Positions 58,741-64,000 of a stretch of DNA of 64,000 bases are shown in pieces. Made by a program: the position numbers and the translations under genes. The stretch lies in NCBI RefSeq assembly GCF_964355755.1, contig NC_092680.1:21957045-22021044 (forward strand), in the 5' to 3' direction. This DNA is from Antedon mediterranea. Lineage: Eukaryota > Animalia > Echinodermata. How positions within the stretch are numbered: the stretch's first letter is position 1; every line of letters starts with the position of its first letter. Under the pieces are notes generated by a model that did no database searches, was not told the origin of the DNA, and saw nothing but the letters and a program-made list of their open reading frames with translations.

Positions 58741-61700
58741 CAGTCAACTCTCCCAATACCGGACACCCTTGGGCGGGCATATATTTTCCGGTTTTTCGAA
58801 ATTCCGGTTTCCTGAAAACATATTTTTGAAGTTATCACGTTGTCACTGAAAATGCTTGAATCACCGGTCCGAATGCTGCCCGGTACGCGGTCTAGCGTAG
58901 GGGAGGCCTAGGCTATGATTGTGTCAAGCTACTGTAGTTTGAATTAAATAAATACTGATAGGCCTAGGCCTACTTTATTAATATTAAGCTAATTTAATTT
59001 ACCTTTTTTAAAAGTTACATTATGTACCCATAAAACATGTTACAGTAGTAAATTATTGTTTCTCAATGTGTTTTTAACGGCAAATAGGCCTAGGCCTACG
59101 TACGTACGGTGAACATAATTTCGGTCTGTTTATTGTTTTTCGTTCGCGAGCTAGCTCTAGCAGCAGCAGCATGCAGCATGTTTGATAAAAAAAATAGGAG
59201 AGCGTAGATTTGATTGATGCGCATGTGCAGCGGTGTCATAATCAAATAAAAACGCCCACACCTAGACCACATGTTTTTTAAGCTCCTTTATTTTGACGTA
59301 ATTTGATAGCAATGATGAAAATTGATTAGGTAAACGAGCCAAGCAATAATGACACAATAATTAATTGGTAACATTTCAAAGTTTATTAACACTAAATTTA
59401 AAATTAACAAATTATGGCAGACATTTACATTTTATCAGATTTTAAACCAATCATCTAAAGACGCCTGTTTGGAGTTTCTGCGTTTAATTAAAATTTCTTT
59501 CTCCATAATTTCCGTTAATTCCTGAAGTTGTTGATCAATAATTTCAAAATGATGTGCCTTTGAACGAACACCGTGCCTAATTTGACCAATCATAGATAAC
59601 ATTTCGCTAAAAGATAAAGTTCTAAAATCATCAGTGTTTTCATCCTCTTCGCCTTCTGGTTCATCATCAGCAATCACTGGTTCCTTGTCACCATTATAGA
59701 TCCTGATTAGTTCATGTTCCCATTCATCGCTAATTTCTTCAACCGGAATTAAATTATCAATGTTTATGTATGTTTCTACGTCTAAATTGGTGTCTATCTC
59801 TCTAACCAATTCTCGAATCTCTCCTTCCACCATGTCTACATTATTGTCGTCAATCTGGGTATTGTTCAAACAGTTAAATCCACAACGGTTAAAGCATTTA
59901 ATTATTGTAGTTTCTGATGTCTCTCTCCATGATGTTGCTGTCCAGTTTACTGCATCTAGAACGTTAGTTTGTTTTGTGATGTCGCTTGCTGATTGTGCAT
60001 CATCAACTTTCGCTAAAACACTCCGCAACAACTTTGCTCTGTAGCGACTTTTAAACGCTTTAATTATTCCTTGGTCAAGTGGTTGTAAAACAGACGTTGT
60101 GTTTGGTGGTAGGAACGCAAGCTTGATGTTGCTCTTCTCTAATCCAACATGAGAGGAGGCGTTATCAAGAAATAATAAAATATTTCTACCCTGAAACCTC
60201 ATTTGATTGTTTAAGTCCGTCAAATAATCATCAAACAACGCACCAGTCATCCAGGCTTTTCTGTTAGCTTTCCACACTACGGGAAGTCGATCTTTCTTTA
60301 TGGTTTTAAAGCATCTTGGGTTTTCAGCACGTCCGATAATCATTGGTTTAAGCTGAAAAAATAAATAACGAACATGATTAAAAAATACAGAAAAAACAAA
60401 ATTTGAATTTGAAGAGGAAACGAGATCTTTTTAGTGATGCTTTTTATTTAAGATATTTAAAAACGGATGGTGCTGCTGTTTTCAAAGGTTTCGTATGGAC
60501 ATAAGACAGACGAAAATAACAAAATCTTATGATGTACAAAAAATAAATAACATGGCTCTAAAATTTACATGAAAAACAATAAAGAAAAAAAAAACGCATA
60601 AACGATGCGCACATGACTGATTGCATGATGTGATGTGGATAGACAAAATAAATGATTAAAAATAAAACGAAAAACGTACCTTTTCACCAGTCATACTGCA
60701 TGTGAACATCACTGTTAATCTTTCTTTAGAAGATTTCACTCCTTTAACGTCATCATGCTTTTCAGCTAGTGTCCTGTCCGGTAATGCACGGAAAAACAGA
60801 CCAGTTTCATCACAGTTAAAAATGTCCTTTGGTTCATAACCAACGCACAGTTCGGAAATCTGTTCTTTCCACTGTGTTACAACTTCCTGATTAACATCCC
60901 CTCTTTCTCCGCAGATAACCAATTGTTTTATGTCATGTCTCCTTTTCCATTTGGTTAACCATCCATCAGATGCTTTGAAGTCCACAATGTTCAATTCCTC
61001 TGCAAATTGCTCTGCCTTTGCCTTTATTAAGGGTCCACTAATGGGGATATGTTTATCCCTAGCAGTTCTAAACCAAACTAACATAAGCTGGTCGATGTCC
61101 GAAAACTTAGTTTTGATCACTCTGAATTTTGTACCTTTGCTGACTTCCTTCTTGCTCCGATATTTATCCTTAGCTTTCATAATGTCATAGATCGTTGATT
61201 TTCCAAGCCCATACTTTTTCGTTGCTTCCATTACTTTCATTCCACCTTCTACATCTGCTATCAATCTAATTTTCGTAGTTAAGTCAAGTTCATTTCGTTT
61301 ACGTTTTGCCATGATGATTTCCAAATTTATAATGATGCACATTTTTAGTTAAACTTTTAAAGTCTTATTGCAATTGTGAATTTAACAATAACTTAAACAA
61401 AACAAAGACACAAAGTGAAATGTAAATTGAACTTTATTAAAAACAATTCATATGCTAAAAACCAGGGAGTTGTTTTAACAACTGCTAAAAACAATAGACA
61501 TTAAGACATAGCGCTTCGATGTGAGAAAGCCCACCGCAGTTCGATACGCAACAAAGCAATTGCCGCCTCGTGGGTTAACAATGAACTGACCTGTCAATCA
61601 CAGTGTAGCGTTCCATGGCAACATTATTTGATCGTACCGCGAAACGTCGCGCACTTTATGCATGGTCAGGGTGTGGTTAAAAGCTTTTGTACGTTGTGAA

Positions 61701-61961
61701 TGTATTGAATCTGAGTCAGCGACGACGATGTTACGTTGTTATTTCGTAAATATTTGGAGTTTTTTAACTGCCAGTCCGGTTTTCAGAAGCTAATTTTCGT
61801 GTTTTGGCCTTCATAATTTGTCCGGATTCCGGAATTGGGTATTCCGGTTTTCATAATAAATTACAGTACATTTAGAATAGGGACAAATTGGGCCATCCAA
61901 AAAAGTCCGGTTTTCCGTGAATTCCGGTTTTGGGAGAGTCCGGTATTGGGAGAGTTGACTG
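58741..61961 (-). mobile_element. Full-length Tigger/pogo DNA transposon
   Basis: 24-bp perfect TIR CAGTCAACTCTCCCAATACCGGAC; TA TSD at 58739-58740 and 61962-61963; subterminal TCCGGT repeats. Confidence 0.95.
59435..61312 (-). CDS. Tigger/pogo transposase, 2 exons (61312-60680, 60352-59435), ~516 aa, intact
   Basis: CENP-B-type HTH domains (IPISGPLIKAKA, FKASDGWLTKWKRRH); catalytic NCDETG, LDNASSH and QPLDQG (DD29D); splicing restores GEK|LKPMIIG; C-terminal PIP-box-like QASLDDWF. Confidence 0.93.
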
Positions 61962-62029
61962 TACTGTAAACCTAAGCTCTTTTTAAAAACCAACTTATAG
62001 GATACCAACTGAATTAAATTAAACTATGA

Positions 62030-62997
62030 CAGTTTGGAATGTATGTAAGCAGTAACATGCAGTAGGCCTACAGTTAGGAGTAGTAGTACAACAATATACA
62101 ATTTGTAATGTATGTAAGCAGTAACATGCAGTAGGCCTACAGTTAGGAGTAGTAGTAGAACAATATACAGTTTGGAATGTATGTAAGCAGTAACATGCAG
62201 TAGGCCTACAGTTAGGAGTAGTAGTAGAACAATATGCAGTAGGCCTACAGTTAGGAGTAGTAGTAGAACAATATACAGTTTGGAATGTATGTAAGCAGTA
62301 ACATGCAGTAGGCCTACAGTTAGGAGTAGTAGTAGAACAATATACAGTTTGGAATGTATGTAAGCAGTAACATGCAGTAGGCCTACAGTTAGGAGTAGTA
62401 GTAGAACAATATACAGTTTGGAATGTATGTAAACAGTAACATGCAGTAGGCCTACAGTTAGGAGTAGTAGTAGAACAATATACAGTTTGGAATGTATGTA
62501 AACAGTAACATGCAGTAGGCCTACAGTTAGGAGTAGTAGTAGAACAATATACAGTTTGGAATGTATGTAAGCAGTAACATGCAGTAGGCCTACAGTTAGG
62601 AGTAGTAGTAGAACAATATGCAGTAGGCCTACAGTTAGGAGTAGTAGTAGAACAATATACAGTTTGGAAGAACAGTAACATGCAGTAGGCCTACAGTTAG
62701 GAGTAGTAGTAGAACAATATACAGTTTGGAATGTATGTAAGCAGTAAACATGCAGTAGGCCTACAGTTAGGAGTAGTAGTAAAACAATATACAGTTTGGA
62801 ATGTATGTAAACAGTAACATGCAGTAGGCCTACAGTTAGGAGTAGTAGTAGAACAATATACAGTTTGGAATGTATGTAAGCAGTAACATGCAGTAGGCCT
62901 ACAGTTAGGAGTAGTAGTAGAACAATATACAGTTTGTAATGTATGTAAGCAGTAACATGCAGTAGGCCTACAGTTAGGAGTAGTAGTAGAACAATAT
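62030..62997. repeat. 69-bp minisatellite (~15 units, some 39-bp truncated)
   Basis: cagtttggaatgtatgtaagcagtaacatgcagtaggcctacagttaggagtagtagtagaacaatata. Confidence 0.93.
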
Positions 62998-63329
62998 AAT
63001 TCTTTTACAATTCATCCTTCATTCATATTCTGATATCCAGAATCCTCATATCAGTCATACGTTCCTCACTCTCATTTGGAATAAGTTGCATTGTGCAATT
63101 TAAATTCATCTATAGGTTGTTTTAGGAGTAAACTACTTTAGTTCAACACTGTTCAATGTGGATATGTATGAAGTTGGTATATTTCTTGTAGACGTAATAG
63201 TAGATTGTAAACAAGTTGTTCTTTTTTGTCTTGTTTTGAGCTGACCAACTAGCAAAGGTGTTTAGTACCTGTTTGCTCTTTTTGTGTGTATTTGGCCGAA
63301 ATTACAAAAAAAAACTAAATATAAATTAA

Positions 63330-64000
63330 AAAAGGCCATATAGATGGGCAGTCGCGTGCTCATTAATGTTTACCGACCAACCTACCAACTGACCGAAATT
63401 ACTGAACATGTTTAAAAATGTTGAAATGTTTAAAAACAGTTATATTTTTTTAATTTACACGTGCGTAGCCTGTCACTTTTGACGTGCTCGTATAACGTAA
63501 TTTCGAGTTGAAAAGTAAGTCAAGAAAACAGAAATCGGGCAAAAAGAGTGCGCAACAACATTTAACGCGCAGTGCGCGCGCAAAACTCTGCGCACTAATG
63601 GCAATTTTGTAAACGCTTAAAATTGCCTGAAACGTACTCTTATTTCGTCGAAAATAAATTTAGAAAATTTTAAGCGCGCGTACGCATGCGTTACATGCGC
63701 TACGCACGTAATTGTATTGCCATATGATGATTTATACCCTGAAATTTATGAGTACCAAATTTTATTTAATTGTGATTCATGGTTGTGAAGATATGATTAC
63801 AAACGTGATTTCGTTAAATCGTGCGTAGACCGCGTAATTTTTTATTGCGCATCGTAAAAACATAACCACATCGATTCCTGGCCATAAGGAATATACTGTG
63901 AAAAATTGACTTAGCTAGATTAAACTGATATCAAGATAAGGTCAGAAAGCGATAAAACGCATAGTGATACCGGACCGACAGACCGACCGACCGACATAGT
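63330..64000. mobile_element. Probable interspersed repeat(s) with (GACC)n microsatellite (HINE/Helentron-like), cut by the window end
   Basis: CpG-rich block; accgaccaacctaccaactgaccga at ~63372 and gaccgacagaccgaccgaccgacatagt at the end. Confidence 0.4.

Noticed and set aside
59435-61342. Two separate transposase ORFs suggesting a broken pseudogene or a domesticated TIGD gene
   Set aside because: A canonical intron joins them in frame, and intact TIRs plus TSD show a transposon, not a domesticated gene.
63000-63120. Candidate final SMC6 exon
   Set aside because: No plus-strand frame resembling the expected SMC6 C-terminus (MxxPER-like); the last exon probably lies beyond the window.

Overview
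AT-rich, intron-rich animal genomic DNA (probably a marine invertebrate; taxon is inferred only). Four host genes: the 3' part of an SYCP2-like meiotic axis gene (+, <1-15457), CCDC25 (-, 16725-18613), CAD (+, 19322-42239, head-to-head with CCDC25) and SMC6 (+, 47580 onward; its last exon was not found in the window). The introns hold many non-autonomous DNA transposons (Kolobok-, Helitron-, IS3EU-, AcademH-, hAT5- and Harbinger-like), one apparently intact intron-containing Tigger/pogo element, and about 18 tandem arrays. Two observations stand out. (1) SMC6 has two tandem, homologous 159-nt phase 0-0 exons (about 32% amino-acid identity) encoding the neck/head junction, which look like mutually exclusive exons. 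(2) Many minisatellites are amplified copies of the host genes' own exon boundaries: four splice donors (13-90 copies), one acceptor (3 copies) and the CAD stop codon (6 copies). One array consists of head-to-tail GT...AG mini-introns. Most long ORFs in the ORF track are artefacts of these repeats. Exon models and TE superfamily calls were made by eye, without database searches.
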